This document shows positions 38,355 to 50,803 of a DNA stretch of 64,000 bases, piece by piece. Under the pieces are notes generated by a model that saw nothing but the letters and a program-made list of their open reading frames with translations, was not told where the DNA came from and did no database searches. Positions within the stretch are counted from its first letter, which is position 1, and every line of letters begins with the position of its first letter. The DNA comes from Magallana gigas. Lineage: Eukaryota. The stretch lies in contig NC_088859.1 of NCBI RefSeq assembly GCF_963853765.1, forward strand, positions 46,624,001 through 46,688,000, given 5' to 3'. Position numbers and translations under genes: made by a program.

Positions 38355-38945
38355 TACAAATATTGACTGGGGTTGAGGGCAACATTGATTATATTAGCCC
38401 CCGAGGGACGAAATATTGCCCGACGCGAAGCGGAGGGCAATATTTTCGTCCCAAGGGGGCTAATATAATCAATGTTGCCCGAAAACACAGTCAACATTTG
38501 TTTTGTTATATGAAGAAACAAACCAAAATTTAAGAAATTAATTGAAAACAGATCGCCGTAATTTTCTCAGCTCAACAAAGAATTCACGAATTCAATTTTG
38601 TGCAAAGTTCATTTCCAAAATATCCTCAGCATCAAACGGTCACTTGTGATATTCCGCCGACCGTAAGAATTATCAGACAGGTGTTCTACCTGATTTTACT
38701 TCACAGTAATTCGCAAATCCTTATATCCGTTATGATAGCAAACCGTTGCATTGCGCGTTCGTTGTTTACTTGCCTTGACTGACTGTCTATTATGACGTCA
38801 CCTTGTTTTGGAGTCGCGAAGAATTATTTACGTCACGTTTACAAATCAACAAATCAGAGGCGATTATTTGAAATAGAGGGAATGTTCTCTAGATATTATT
38901 CCTAGCCGGTCAATATCTAAAAAATATTGACCGGTCAATATTTTT
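38355..38945. mobile_element. Non-autonomous element with a roughly 150-bp terminal palindrome, nested in the AT-rich part of the Helentron-like element
   Basis: There is a long imperfect hairpin at 38357-38500 (arms gggcaacattgattatattagccccc / gggggctaatataatcaatgttgccc) and a 26-bp palindrome at 38920-38945. The element is a GC-richer island within degenerate ATGAT/ATACA repeats. Boundaries are approximate. Confidence 0.65.
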
Positions 38946-39777
38946 CGGACGAGCTGATATTACAATTATTGACTATTCGTCTATATAGAGTTATATAGTG
39001 AGAATATACTACTGAATATAACAATATATAATATCGTATCATACGATATTGTATAATATGATATTGGTTTATAATGAGATATATTATCACATCACATGAA
39101 ATTGTATTGTATGATATTGTAAAATATATTATTGTATCATATGATACAATATGTATAATATAATACTGTATTATATAATATTTTACTTTATCACATAATA
39201 TTGTATCATTTGATATGATACAATATTGTATCAAATAATATTGTATCATATGATACAATATCATATTATGTATCAAAAATTATACATTATCATACAATAT
39301 CATACTATATTATACAATATAATATCATATTTTTCAATGTTATGATGTATTATGTAATATGATATTGTAATATAATACTATATTGTTTTATATATTATGA
39401 TATTGTATTATTTGATCAAATACAATAACGTATAACACAATACACTGTCATATCATACATTACAATATCATATCTCATCATTGTTTATTATGGTATTTTA
39501 TTGTATTATATGATATATGTTGTAAATATGATAGGATGCAATATTTAATTTTATATTATTGTATTGATTAACATATGAACACATGATTATCATACAATTT
39601 TTAACAGATGATATACGATATTGTGTCAAAACAGAATCCATGAATATCCAAGATCATAAAGTATGATTTTCATTTAAAATGATAAAGGTGGTCTCATAAA
39701 GGTGAAGTCTCATAAGGGTGATGTCTCGTCTCGGTGAGCTTTGTAATCTGTGTTTACCTATGTTTATTTTAAGGTAT

Positions 39778-40500
39778 AAACAAGTGAAAAGCTGTCAATG
39801 TGACAGTAAACCGGGTTTTCTTTTATGAGAACTGTATCCATAATCCATGTCAACCTGTATCCAGTGAAATGGAGTACCCTATATGCAATATTTTGCCAAA
39901 AAATGACTAAGTTCAAAAGCTGGTAATTTTTCATGAATAATCAGAAATCAAAATCCTAGCAATATGCACACCTCTGATATATGTACAATTGATCTGCAAA
40001 AGAACAACTTCTTATCTTGAAAACTATAGGAGGAGTTATCCATACAATGAAGGTACCTTATATGCAATGTTTTGCCAAAAAATGATTAAGTTCAAAAGCT
40101 GGTATATTTTTCATAAATTATCGGAAATCCAAATTCTAGCAATATGCACACCTCTGATATATGTACAATTGATCTGCAAAAGAACAACTTTCTATCTTGA
40201 AAACTGTAGGAGGAGTTATCCGTACAATGAGGGTACCCTATATGCAATATTTTGCCAAAAAATGACTAAGTTCAAAAGCTGGTATTTTTTTCATAAATTA
40301 TCGGAAATCAAAATCCTAGTAATGTGCACACCTCTGATATATGTACAATTGATCTGCAAAAGAAAAACTTCCTATCTTGAAAACTGTAGGAGGAGTTATC
40401 CGTACAATGAGGGTACCCTTTTGGCAGCCTCCTGCCCACCCGCCCGCCATTTTCACCATTTTAATAACCGGATTTTTCCGTTAGAAAACTCGGTTAAAAA
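39778..40500 (-). mobile_element. Second Helentron-like non-autonomous element with an exact 180-bp tandem repeat (about 3.3 copies)
   Basis: The unit anchor recurs at 39964, 40144 and 40324. One end has a hairpin CTGTCA-atg-TGACAG next to AAACCGGGTTTTC. The other end has a CCCG-type microsatellite and inverted aaccggattttt/aaaactcggtt. Confidence 0.7.
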
Positions 40501-40799
40501 GGCTTGTGTTTTATTAAAAGAATACTAGGATAATGCACCCTGCTTCAGTCTTTACCTTCATATATGACCTAGACCTGTGACCAAGAAATTTGAGGTCCAA
40601 GGTCATTGTGAACCATTTACCCATTAGCTCTGTATGGATGAAAGGTGAACCATATAAGACCAAACTGAAAGGAAAAATATGCTCTGGACAGTTTTTATAC
40701 TGAGAATCTTTCTGATAAGTAGGACATCTGACCCAGAAACTTGTGTGGATTTAAAACAGGAGGCTTTCACTTTTAAAAACTGTTAAAACTATTTTCACT

Positions 40800-41912
40800 A
40801 TGACTGAGTCGTCTACTGAGCTTGCAGCTGAGTCCAGGGGACACTGGATAGTCTGGTCCTGAACTCCTCTATGGTAGGTGCTGCTAAAACTGTCTCTGGT
40901 AGATGATTCCAATCTCTCACCGATAGCGGGAAGAAGGAATTCCGGTAAACTTCTTTACTGGCCCGCTGCTGTCTGAGTCTGTGACTCCCTCTTAGTAGTT
41001 CGTATGTCACCAGGTGTGTAATACTTCTCTGGATCTATATCCACAAGCTGGTTTCTGATTTTGTAGCATAGGACTAGTCTCTGAATGGTTCTCCTATGCT
41101 GGAGGGAATCCCATTCGAGTTGGTGCAGGAGTCTGCATGTTACACATCTGGTGGAGGTGTCACGATAGTTGTTATATATGAACCTGGCAGCTCTTCGTTG
41201 TACCTGCTCAACTTCTCTGGTGAGTGTGGCTTGGTGGGGGTCCCACACAGACGAAGCATACTCGATCGCTGGTCTGATCAGGGTACAGTATGCTGTTGCC
41301 TTCGCTGATGGTGTGCATTGGCCCAGGTTATGTCTCAGAAAGCCTAGTTTCCTTGTAGCTTTGCCTATGGTGGTATGGATGTGGTTCGTCCACTGGAGAT
41401 CCTGGGAGATGGTTACACCAAGATACTTTCCACTCTTTACAACTTCCATCTAGTGTCCGTGCAGGGTATAGGACATTTGCAGTTGCTGTCTCACCTGCCA
41501 CCTGTGTACCCATCTTTTCACTAGGCAGTGAGATCTTCCTGTAGTTTGGCTGCATCTCTCTGGTTTCAGATCTGTCAATAGACCAGGCAATCATCAGCAA
41601 ACAGTCTGGCATCTGAGTTAGTATACTCTGGAAGGTCGTTTATGTAAGTCAGGAACAAAAGTGGTCCTAAGATGGTACCTTGTGGCACTCCAGAGAGGAC
41701 GTCAAGAGCTGAGGATGTATAACCATCCAAGAGTTCTGCCTGGGTTCTCTGCCTCAGGAAGTCCTGAATCCATCCTAGTGTTGTTCCAGACACTCCATTG
41801 TGCTCCAGCCTCAGAAGCAGTCATTGGTGGGGCACTTTATCAAATGCCTTGGAGAAATCCAGGAGTATTATGTCTGCTTGATGCCCCTGGTTCATGTTCC
41901 TGGCAACTGCAC
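40800..41912 (-). mobile_element. 5'-truncated, decayed CR1/L2-clade LINE (reverse transcriptase C-terminal half and ORF2 3' end)
   Basis: Conceptual translation gives DIILLDFSKAFDKVPH, SGVPQGTILGPLLFLTYINDL, RLFADDCLVY, KYLGVTI, LEYAS-like IEYASSVWDP, VQRRAARFI and SFFPLSVRDWNHLP. It is interrupted by in-frame stops and frameshifts, including a 4-nt ACTA duplication near 41000. Confidence 0.92.
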
Positions 41913-43086
41913 AACACTTTGATCATTACCACCAACTCAATGAAAATTACTCTTACAATCTCAAAATATATTTCTGTTGAGAATTTGACACTGAGATTAT
42001 TATAATTTTCATTTTAACAACACCTTGGTGGAAGGTCCATGCATATCTTTTAATCATGTTAATTGTGACCTTGGCAAGACTGGTGAAAGATCAAAGAAGT
42101 GATATTTGGTAGTTAAATTATAAATAGTTCATGGTTTTTATTTTTTTAAAACAGAGCCGAATTTATTATCTTTTGGATTTTTTTAAAAATTCTTTTAAGG
42201 TAGTCCTATACTCGGCACTAAATGGGCTCAATCATTAAAAGCTTAGCTTTAAATGATAAATATACATTCTAGCAATACATATACAAAAGAAAATATGCAT
42301 GTTTACATGCTAGTTTTTTGTTATCACCTCTCAGACGGGTGTGCCCCCTTGCGAAAATTATTGACAATTATGAAATTTGCCAGATGACCGTTTTTCCTAA
42401 AAATAATTACCAATTCTGGGAAATTAGAACTGAACATACAAAATAGAGTATAAATATTTATTTAAGCCATATCTCATCAATAATTTTGCGCAAATTTTTG
42501 TAAATAAGTACGCTTTATGGACCTGATGTATCAAAATAGAATACAAAAAATGCAATGCTAGTATCGCGTTTGGTAATTTTTTTAGTATTTTATGGACTCA
42601 AACTTAAATTCATGGTTTTTTTCTATAGATTGACATCTTAGAAAAAAGATTTGGTAAAATGAATTATATGTTGACAGATTACTTTTCACGCTATAAGCTC
42701 TAAACTAAGTAGACCCTGACGAAAAAATCCGTAAAAATCACATATTGCTACAGTTTTCTGCCTAGATCTGTCAACAATGTTAGATATCATTTAAACATTA
42801 ATTAATTGAAATTAATCATTTCTATCTCTCATAGAATACATATATTACCGTTGCTTATTATTGCCATTGTTTACAACAGCGATGTAGAGCAAAATCAATA
42901 CCGGGTATCAAAAACGCTTTGTAAAAGTCGAACCAATATTGTAAAATCCGTATTATGACGTAGTGCGATACTCGAACTACTTTAAAAGTATTGGAATAAG
43001 TCGATCGCGCGAATAAATTTGGAAAGACTTGTTTAAATCCGAACGCACCTGTCAAATTGATGAAGTAAAAAATAAAATCATTGAAA

Positions 43087-46000
43087 ATGGAAAAGGATTA
43101 TGACGTGCTCGGGAAATATAGAGCTGTTTCCAATAAATTGAAAAAGTAAGTACAATGTTAATCAATGAACATGGAAAAATATTAGTAGAATACACAAGCG
43201 ATTGGTTTTTACCATCATAACAACAGAGAATATTCGAGCTATGTTAATAAATATAGCCTTGGTGTTTTATCTGTCAAGAAAGTGTCAAGTAGAATGTGGG
43301 TACTAATGATGTGCTTCTGATCAATTTAAGAGTGGATATTTAAATTGTCAAATTGTTTAAACTGGTCTGCATACATGAGGCACACTGTCACTGGCAAGGT
43401 AATGTAAATATTGTATACGTATGTATTAAGGTAACTCTGTACCGATAAAATCATGGGTTCAAAGTTAAAAAATTAACTTTTTTTTAACTTATTGGACTTG
43501 AATTTCATCAAAAAATAAATAAAATATATATGTATCCATACTATTTAAGATGTAAGGGAATAAAAACCAAAGGCTGAAATTATCATCTGAAAATCACTTT
43601 TTTTTGTTTAAAAATTAAATATAAGTGGATGGATATTTGTTTGTTTATTTAAATTTTATTGCTTACTATGCCAGAAAACTAAAATTAATTTTAAAAAAGA
43701 AAAAAATTGTTTACATTAGAAAAATTATAGCATTTAGATATATCACTGAGGGAAAAGTAGAAAAGAGTTATTTCCCTTTGTCATTATTGAATATTGTCGA
43801 ATATAAGGATGAAAAACGCTTATTAAATATCTCCAAGTAAACAATGATTTGAGTTTTTGATGTGCACCTATGATAACATAGAAATTACAAATCTACTTGC
43901 AAGAATATTAATGAATTCATGGTTTATGTAAAATGTATGACGTCACAGGAGGGTGGATTTACTTTAAAAAAAGATTATACCGATGCATTCACATACAAAA
44001 TATTGACACTGATTATGAATGCCAGTGTCCATGGTCCTGCAATTGACTATTAAGAAAGTTTGTACCTATCAGAATAAACGTATACAACTTGCATATCACA
44101 TCTGTAGTATAGCTGTGTCAGGAAAGATTATACATCCCCCTAACATTTATCCTCGCTAGCCAAGCGTTTTCGGTCCACTCTGTTCCTCTGTGAGGAGAGT
44201 GCAGATCAGAAACCCTTGACTTGGGAAGATGCCTAACATTGCCCTTACAACCTTTTCTTGGGTCCCAAACTGCCCCACTCCCCTCAGTTCAGATTAACTA
44301 TTATAAAACTGTAACAGGATGGGGGAAGTAATGACAAACTAGACCAAATTTGAACCCAGGCCCTCAGCATTTCTAATCAAGTACTTTACCACCTGAGCAG
44401 AGCTCTCTAGCTCCAGTATTAACACTGGTCTGACAGTCAAATTCCTCTCCCTTAAATGATTTTGGCCCTTGAGGATTGACATACTCAGATTTATTCCCCT
44501 GGTAGGAGTTAACCTGTCAGTTCCATTGCATCACATATAACAGGATGGGAGAAATATAAAAATAAACCAACTGGGATTTAAACCAGGGCCCCCTGAATGA
44601 ATATCCAGTCAGATACTCTACCAACTGAGCTACCTCCAGGTACTGCGGCGACTGACTGGTCTGCTCGTCACAAAACTCGATCTGTAAAACAGCAACTAAA
44701 AAATATGTAGGGTTTTTTATACCCATGGAAATTACCGCTTTACAGATGAATTTACCAAACAACATAGCTCCCTTCATGTTACATTTCATGTTTTGAATCC
44801 ACTCTCTTGTTCAAGCATCAGATTTGGCTACAGTTTTGCATTTTCATTTTTTTTTCAAAATAAAAAAAACCTGATTGCTTACATAGTACCTTAAATTTAT
44901 ATTTTATTAGTATAAACATGTCATCATTGACCATTAACTATGTTTATTGGAACTTTGACATTCTTTTATATTTCATTTTCCTTGTTTATCATCTTTAAAT
45001 TTGATCAAGGCTACAACAAAATTACTGCTAATATTTTTTTCATCCCTTGACCACATCTCCGTCTAAGTATGCCCAATTTTAGTTGAACTGTAAAATCTTC
45101 AAGGCCCAATTTTGGTTGAAGTTTTCTTGTGTTATAACTATAAAATTTTCAAGGCAAAATTGAATTTCTTTGAAGAAATCATTTAAAAAGCTTATGGTTG
45201 AATATTTTAGGCGATTCCTGAAACGACCAAATGTAGCAGAAGGGATTGAGCAATACTGTAAGTTCCGCAATCATTGATAATAAACTTTCAGTAGAAATAT
45301 TGATAGTTTTATAAAAGACAAGAGCGTACAAGGCCTGACAAATCCCCCCGTACGTAGGATTTTGAAATGGCATATGAACATATAAAAAATCTTTACATCT
45401 GAAACTGTGCATGAGTACAATACATGTACATGTATTATATAGAGCTGCATTCTCTGACAAAAAATAGATAATATACAATAATACATGTACTTGGAACTTA
45501 TCTCCTTTGTTTTATTTGAAGCTTTCTAAGCATTACAACATGATTTCATATCTGTGCTAGTGCTATTTTTATGCGACATTGTATGTACAGAACATGAACA
45601 TTACGTAATTGTTGTCATTATATAAATGGTATTAGATATTTTTGTCATAATCAATAAAAAAGCAAAACACATTTACTTAAAGGCAAATGAATTAAAAATA
45701 AAACGCCTTCTATACGATTCGAACTCCCTCTCTATGGAGAAGTATGGACTACGAGCCTCCGCTTATCACAGTGAGCTACGTTGACACATTAGAGTATGGG
45801 TGAATAAATTGAACGTTTTTGACAATAATTAATAAAGAAACACGTTTTTGGTGAAAATCACAAATTTGACCCATTATGGGTCCATAGACTCCATTTTAAT
45901 AAATCAATAATAAAATTCAAAATAAACTTATTCTTTAAATAAAAGTACTTTTAAGATGCAGTCAGGACCCATTCATACCTAATTTTGCAATTAAGAACAG

Positions 46001-48016
46001 TGAATGATCCAAGATTTAGGCAAAAAATGATGTGCAGCTTAATTTGGAAACCAATACCTGTCGTGTTTATAGAATGAAAGCACAATTAATATTGACTTCC
46101 ATCATGAAATTTATAATGAAAACAATCCATACAAGTCAAAAATTAATATTTTAACTTGAATTGAAATTCAACGCCTTGTACGCCCCTGTTCTTTAATGTA
46201 TTCTTAGCTCTGTATAAATCATCAGCATTTATATCTAGCCTATAACAGATTATATGGAAAACCATTTTTCCCTAGTATGAACATTCGAAACTTATTTGTT
46301 TAATTAATATTCAATTTTAATAAATGAATGAAAATAAAAAGCATAATCTGTTTTAAGTACTTCAAGTAGGAGATAGACTGTTTATGGTTTTTCCGATGCA
46401 ATATTGAATTCAATTGTTAAATGTTTTATGGAATTCCTCGATCTGTTTACAGCGTCATTGTCCAAGTTATTGAAGGAACAGGAATGCCAACAGTACGCTG
46501 CTTTTTGTGCTCTTGCTCAAGCAAGGTAAGTTGGAAGCAGAATAAAGACAATGATTAGATATCATAGCTAGCAAGGGGTACAACTGTCTACATTCCAACA
46601 GATATGATTAAAAGTATTAATGAAGTATGAAGTTGTAGTTTATATCCCAGGATTTCCTGGGAAACACCAGTATAATTCCCAGGAAGACCAGTATATCCCA
46701 CCATCCTAGGATATACAAGTAATTTCTGCTTTTTTTGCCAACCCTAAAACAGTAGGATTAATTTTCCATACCTCTGAAATAAGATATAGAAATAATGGTT
46801 TTTCCCACCCCAAGCAGTGTATTTTATACAGTCCGTGATGAATTCATGATAGTACATGTATAGCATTATCCGTGTCTGTTGGGGGTATAAGGGGCATTCA
46901 GAAATTAAGCAGACTTGATAAAATTACAAGATTAACAAAAAATAAATAAAACTAGCACATATATTTTAACAGAACTTTGATTTGTGTGAATATGAAAATA
47001 TCATTTTGAAATATTGGAAAATAGTACAATTTTTATTTACTAAATCTGTGTCAAGCCAATCAGCATTTATATTTAACACATTACAAAATTACAGCACATA
47101 ATTATAGCATCAAGTCTGCAATATTGCAGATACCATGCACACACGATATTTTAGATTGGTAACTATTGTGCGATATTTTCTGTTTCACGTAGATGTGAGC
47201 ACACCATGGTGAATGCTGCAGGGGAATCCCAATCACTGACCGAGGCGGCTCGTAACTTCCTGGAGGCAGAAGTAGCCAATCAGGAGCTCAGGTGTCCCAG
47301 CTTCAACGAACACCTTACAGCAGCCATCAATTGTTACAGCCATGCAATACGGGTGAGGGTTCCCAGGTCAAATAAATGGGATTTAGTTTTTAAAAGTACT
47401 TGTTAAATGAAACATGGAGTCTTAATCAATAGAATATTTGTTACTTGTATTTATTTTTATTCCCTGTTATTATTGATTGTACCGGTATTTTGTAGGTTCA
47501 CATCGAGAACAACAGTGCAGCATTGGCAGCTGCTTTGTGTATGGAGCTTGGCAATGCTCTGAAGGTCAATAATAGTTACTATTTTCTGCAAACACTTAAT
47601 TAAAATAATTGAAGAACTCAAACAATATGTAAGAATAAAATAAAGTTGGTACATATTTGATTTATTTTCCTTTTCATTTTACCTGTTATTTGAAATTCAC
47701 CCTAAAATACCTTTGCAATATTGTTATTGAATAATCTTTTCAGAAACTAAACAAACCTGGTGAAGCAATGGCACATTATCAAAGGGCAGCAGAACTCCAG
47801 TCTCATGTAGTGTATCCAAATAATTTTACATATCTACATATTCTTCACTTGACTGCTTGAATATTTTCATTAGACTTATAAGGAATTGTATTCATTTAAA
47901 GATAATATCATAATGAATGCTATATTTTTCAGAGCCCACTTGACTGTCTTCAATCTCTTAGTGAAGTCACCTCTTGTAAAATTGCAATTAGTAAGTCTGT
48001 CTGTCTGTCTGTCTGT

Positions 48017-48084
<68 letters not shown>

Positions 48085-50803
48085 CTGATGGTAGTTTACT
48101 GCTTTACAGAAGATTATGATGGAGCTTTAAGTGTCCTCACAGAGATGGCCTACTTAGCACAAGAGAGAGGAGGCAAGTAATTTTATTTCTTCCAAAGGAA
48201 CACTGAATGAACAGAAAATCTTAGCAAGTCCAGTATGAAAAATTTTGTGTTGACTTCATTGGTTTTTAGGTTCTTCCATCACGGGCCGGCCAGTGGGGGC
48301 TTATTGTGATTTCCTTTGTCTCTGTGAGATTTCAAGGGTGCTCTTGTTAATGATGTTACAGGTATGTATATTATCTCATAATGCATGTCACCTAGTGTAC
48401 CATATATGGTAATACTGGTACATGTATTCAAAAAGTTTTAGGTCTTCTAGACCCTGTAGAAAGTCATCTTGGGATTATAAGGTTTTTTCCACCTTTTAAG
48501 TGAAAAACTTTAGAAGTTATTCCCATGGATGTTTGGTTTACAAACTTTAAACCTAAAAATTGCAATTTCCCAGCATAAATACCATTCTGAAAATGTCATT
48601 AGACCCAAATTACCTGAAATGTATCTACTATAAGATTGTCAGTATTTACTCATTTACCACAAACATGGATCCTTAAACAATAAGATTTTATTTGTTTTTA
48701 TTAATAGAAAGTAGATGAAAATGAGAGCAAAAAATGAATCTAATTTAAAACTGGTGAATGAACAATGAAGTTATGAACCAAAAGAGCAAATAGCTCAGTG
48801 GTCATTAGGCCAGTAACCCAAAGGTCGCTGGAACAAAACCTGCTGTGGTCACTTGATGTTGTTTGTTGTGTCCTTAGGCAAGGCACTTTATCTACATTGT
48901 CTGTCCACCCAGTTGATATTGGGTAACGGCATTAACTGGGAGTTAATCTGCGATGAAATGGTGTCCCATTCAGGGGGAGTCAATAACTTTCATCTGCTTA
49001 GCACCACAGAAACTGGGGATAAGCACCGGCCTTATGTGCCTTTATGTCAAGGAGAAGGATTTAACTTTAACTATGCGCAAAAAGAGTACTTTGAATATAG
49101 TGGCAATATGAATAATGATACACTGTAATGAAGAAATAATTGAATATTTATTTTTTCCAAAGCTTACTAAATTATTTCAGTGCTCTTTTCTGTTATATAG
49201 GGTCATGATCCCACATGTTATTGTCACACATTCTTTTAAACTATGATATCAGTGGGGGCATTATTTCTCATTTTTTAGATTTTCACAATAGTAATTAAAT
49301 TTATTGTAACACTAGACAAAACATTGAAATTCTTTGTAAATTGTTTAACATCTATATGCTGCACGCAAAATTTAGATTTAAAAATAGGAGAAAGACCTCT
49401 CACTGTTTGAGAACAATAAGTCAACTTGTTTACTTGTTACAAGGAAAAGTACGTTGATCCTTTATTTTTGAACTGTAGCCCACACCACAGAGAATAAGAC
49501 CAGAACATGCCCAAACTTTGGAGAAATACACCTGGGATTTTAATGAAGACAATACCACAGGTAACTGGTAAAAAAAACTGTAGATGTAAAGGGATCATTA
49601 GGAAATCAATTTGCAAGGCACCACAGTTTGTTGTTAGAATGTGTTTACCATGGAGCACTGTAGAATTTAACTGGGAAACAAAGGGACCACTGGCTGATTT
49701 CAAAGTCTATAATGTTGGTCCATGGACTCTCAAGTAAATTCTATGTCCCACCTAGTCCACTCTTGGTTGGTGTATTTAGATATGCATAATACCAGTTGTT
49801 GCAAATAATCTATATTTTACATTGGTGACTTTTTTCAGAAGTTTTTTTTTCAGCAGGTTTATTAAAAAAATTGTCAAAATAGTGTATTTCCATATCACAT
49901 TAGAGATTTCATATATGGTACATGAGGTGTGACAAAACTTACAACAGTTATACACAACAAGTTGACAAATGTAACATATGCAATGGGATATTTCTAAGAA
50001 ATAGTGTGTATGATAGATAGCAAAAAACTGTGTTTTCATAGAGAAAAGAAGACTAGAATTTTAAATATGTGGAAGCAAGCTGTATTAAAAAGAATAATGT
50101 TTGTTCTTCATGCATGTATGACTGAGTGATTTATTAAAGTTAGTTATTTCTTGGATCATACTTGCAGTTGGTGTTCAGGTGTGAGTTGTGCTCCAGCGGT
50201 TTCTTTTATTTATTAATTTTTATCTCCAGACTGTATTTCATTGATTCTATTGTTTTCATTTTTGTTAAGCTACTAGATATTTAACAGTAAAAAGTTTTTG
50301 GAAGACTGTGACTATTTTTAACTATCTGTAAGTCCTTTTTTAATTCTTACTGTTGAAGTTGAATATTGCATATTTATGCATGTATTGACTTGCCTTTATT
50401 TTATGATGTCTTAAATCTGGTTTTGTATTTTCCAGTGCAATATCTTGGAGAAGACTTGTTCCTAATGTTGCAGTCAATAGTAGTAAGTTCTCTTAGTAAC
50501 AGTTTTAAATGACAAAATTAGACAGCACAAATATGAGGTGTTCACAGAAGTTTTCTCTTAATATGCTTTATTTTGTTTGCATAACAAAGGTAAAAAGCAG
50601 AGTTTTAATAAGGTATTAAAACATGATAGAACATTACTTATCAGTTGGTTTTTTTTCATACATAGATGGCGTGTCAATCTTCAGATCTGATATCTTTACG
50701 ATTGCTACAAACAGAATTATGGCCCCTGTTATCCACAGAACAAAACCATCTACTGTTTCTTGTCATTCAGGAACTGACACACCCCTCGGGAGAAGGAGTC
50801 TAG
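43087..50803 (+). CDS. F8A1: Huntingtin-associated protein 40 (HAP40 / factor VIII intron 22 protein orthologue), 316 aa
   Basis: 12 exons: 43087-43145, 45211-45257, 46453-46525, 47193-47352, 47496-47564, 47744-47806, 47933-47990, 48110-48172, 48270-48361, 49479-49560, 50436-50482, 50666-50803. The translation is collinear with human HAP40 as I recall it: KYRAVSNKLKKRFLKRPNVAE, QECQQYAAFCALAQARC, SLTEAARNFL, CEISRVLLLMMLQ, PEHAQTLEKYTW, LWPLLSTEQNHLL, and C-terminal PSGEGV*. Confidence 0.95.
44305..44700 (-). repeat. Head-to-tail dimer of tRNA-like (SINE-type) units, period about 225 bp
   Basis: Two related units (anchor taacaggatggg) each carry A/B-box-like sequence on the minus strand, at about 44343-44400 and 44566-44637 (GTAGCTCAGTTGGTAGAG ... 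GGTTTAAATCC). The acceptor stems do not pair. Confidence 0.65.
47996..48081. repeat. Compound (GTCT)n/(CT)n microsatellite filling most of HAP40 intron 7
   Basis: Read directly from the sequence. The intron 47991-48109 is only 119 nt. Confidence 0.97.
48786..49070 (+). mobile_element. tRNA-derived SINE with a CORE-like central domain, in a HAP40 intron
   Basis: The A box TAGCTCAGTGG is at 48791-48801, followed by a degenerate B box. A CORE-like segment GTGTCCTTAGGCAAGGCACTTTA follows, and the element ends in a short TTAACT-type tail. Confidence 0.7.

Larger units (their letters stand above)
36412..39740 (+). mobile_element. Non-autonomous Helentron-like (HINE-type) element carrying a satellite array and a long AT-rich low-complexity tract
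   Basis: There are perfect 15-bp inverted termini, AGCTCACCGAGACGA (36417-36431) and TCGTCTCGGTGAGCT (39726-39740). The element starts after a T-run and has a short GGCGTC microsatellite after the 5' end, then tandem repeats. The Helentron assignment is by architectural analogy. Confidence 0.65.

Noticed and set aside
38935-39276. 113-aa Ile/Tyr-rich ORF (and the similar 30563-30844)
   Set aside because: These are translations of low-complexity AT-rich or degenerate repeat DNA.
39989-40528. 179-aa ORF with three internal repeats
   Set aside because: It arises from the 180-bp (multiple of 3) tandem repeat of a non-autonomous element and has no recognisable domain or gene structure.
40955-41793. 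RT ORFs as an active or domesticated reverse transcriptase, or a retron-like system
   Set aside because: There are multiple stops and frameshifts and a 5' truncation. It is an ordinary dead CR1/L2 LINE copy.
42199-43000. Possible large Kolobok-like element starting TTAAGGTAGTCC upstream of HAP40
   Set aside because: I could not find a matching right-hand TIR, so the boundaries are unsupported.
44566-44637. tRNA-like sequences as true tRNA genes (also 12946-13000, 45715-45778, 48791-48840, 52876-52949)
   Set aside because: A/B boxes are present, but the acceptor and anticodon stems do not pair properly and all lie within repeats.
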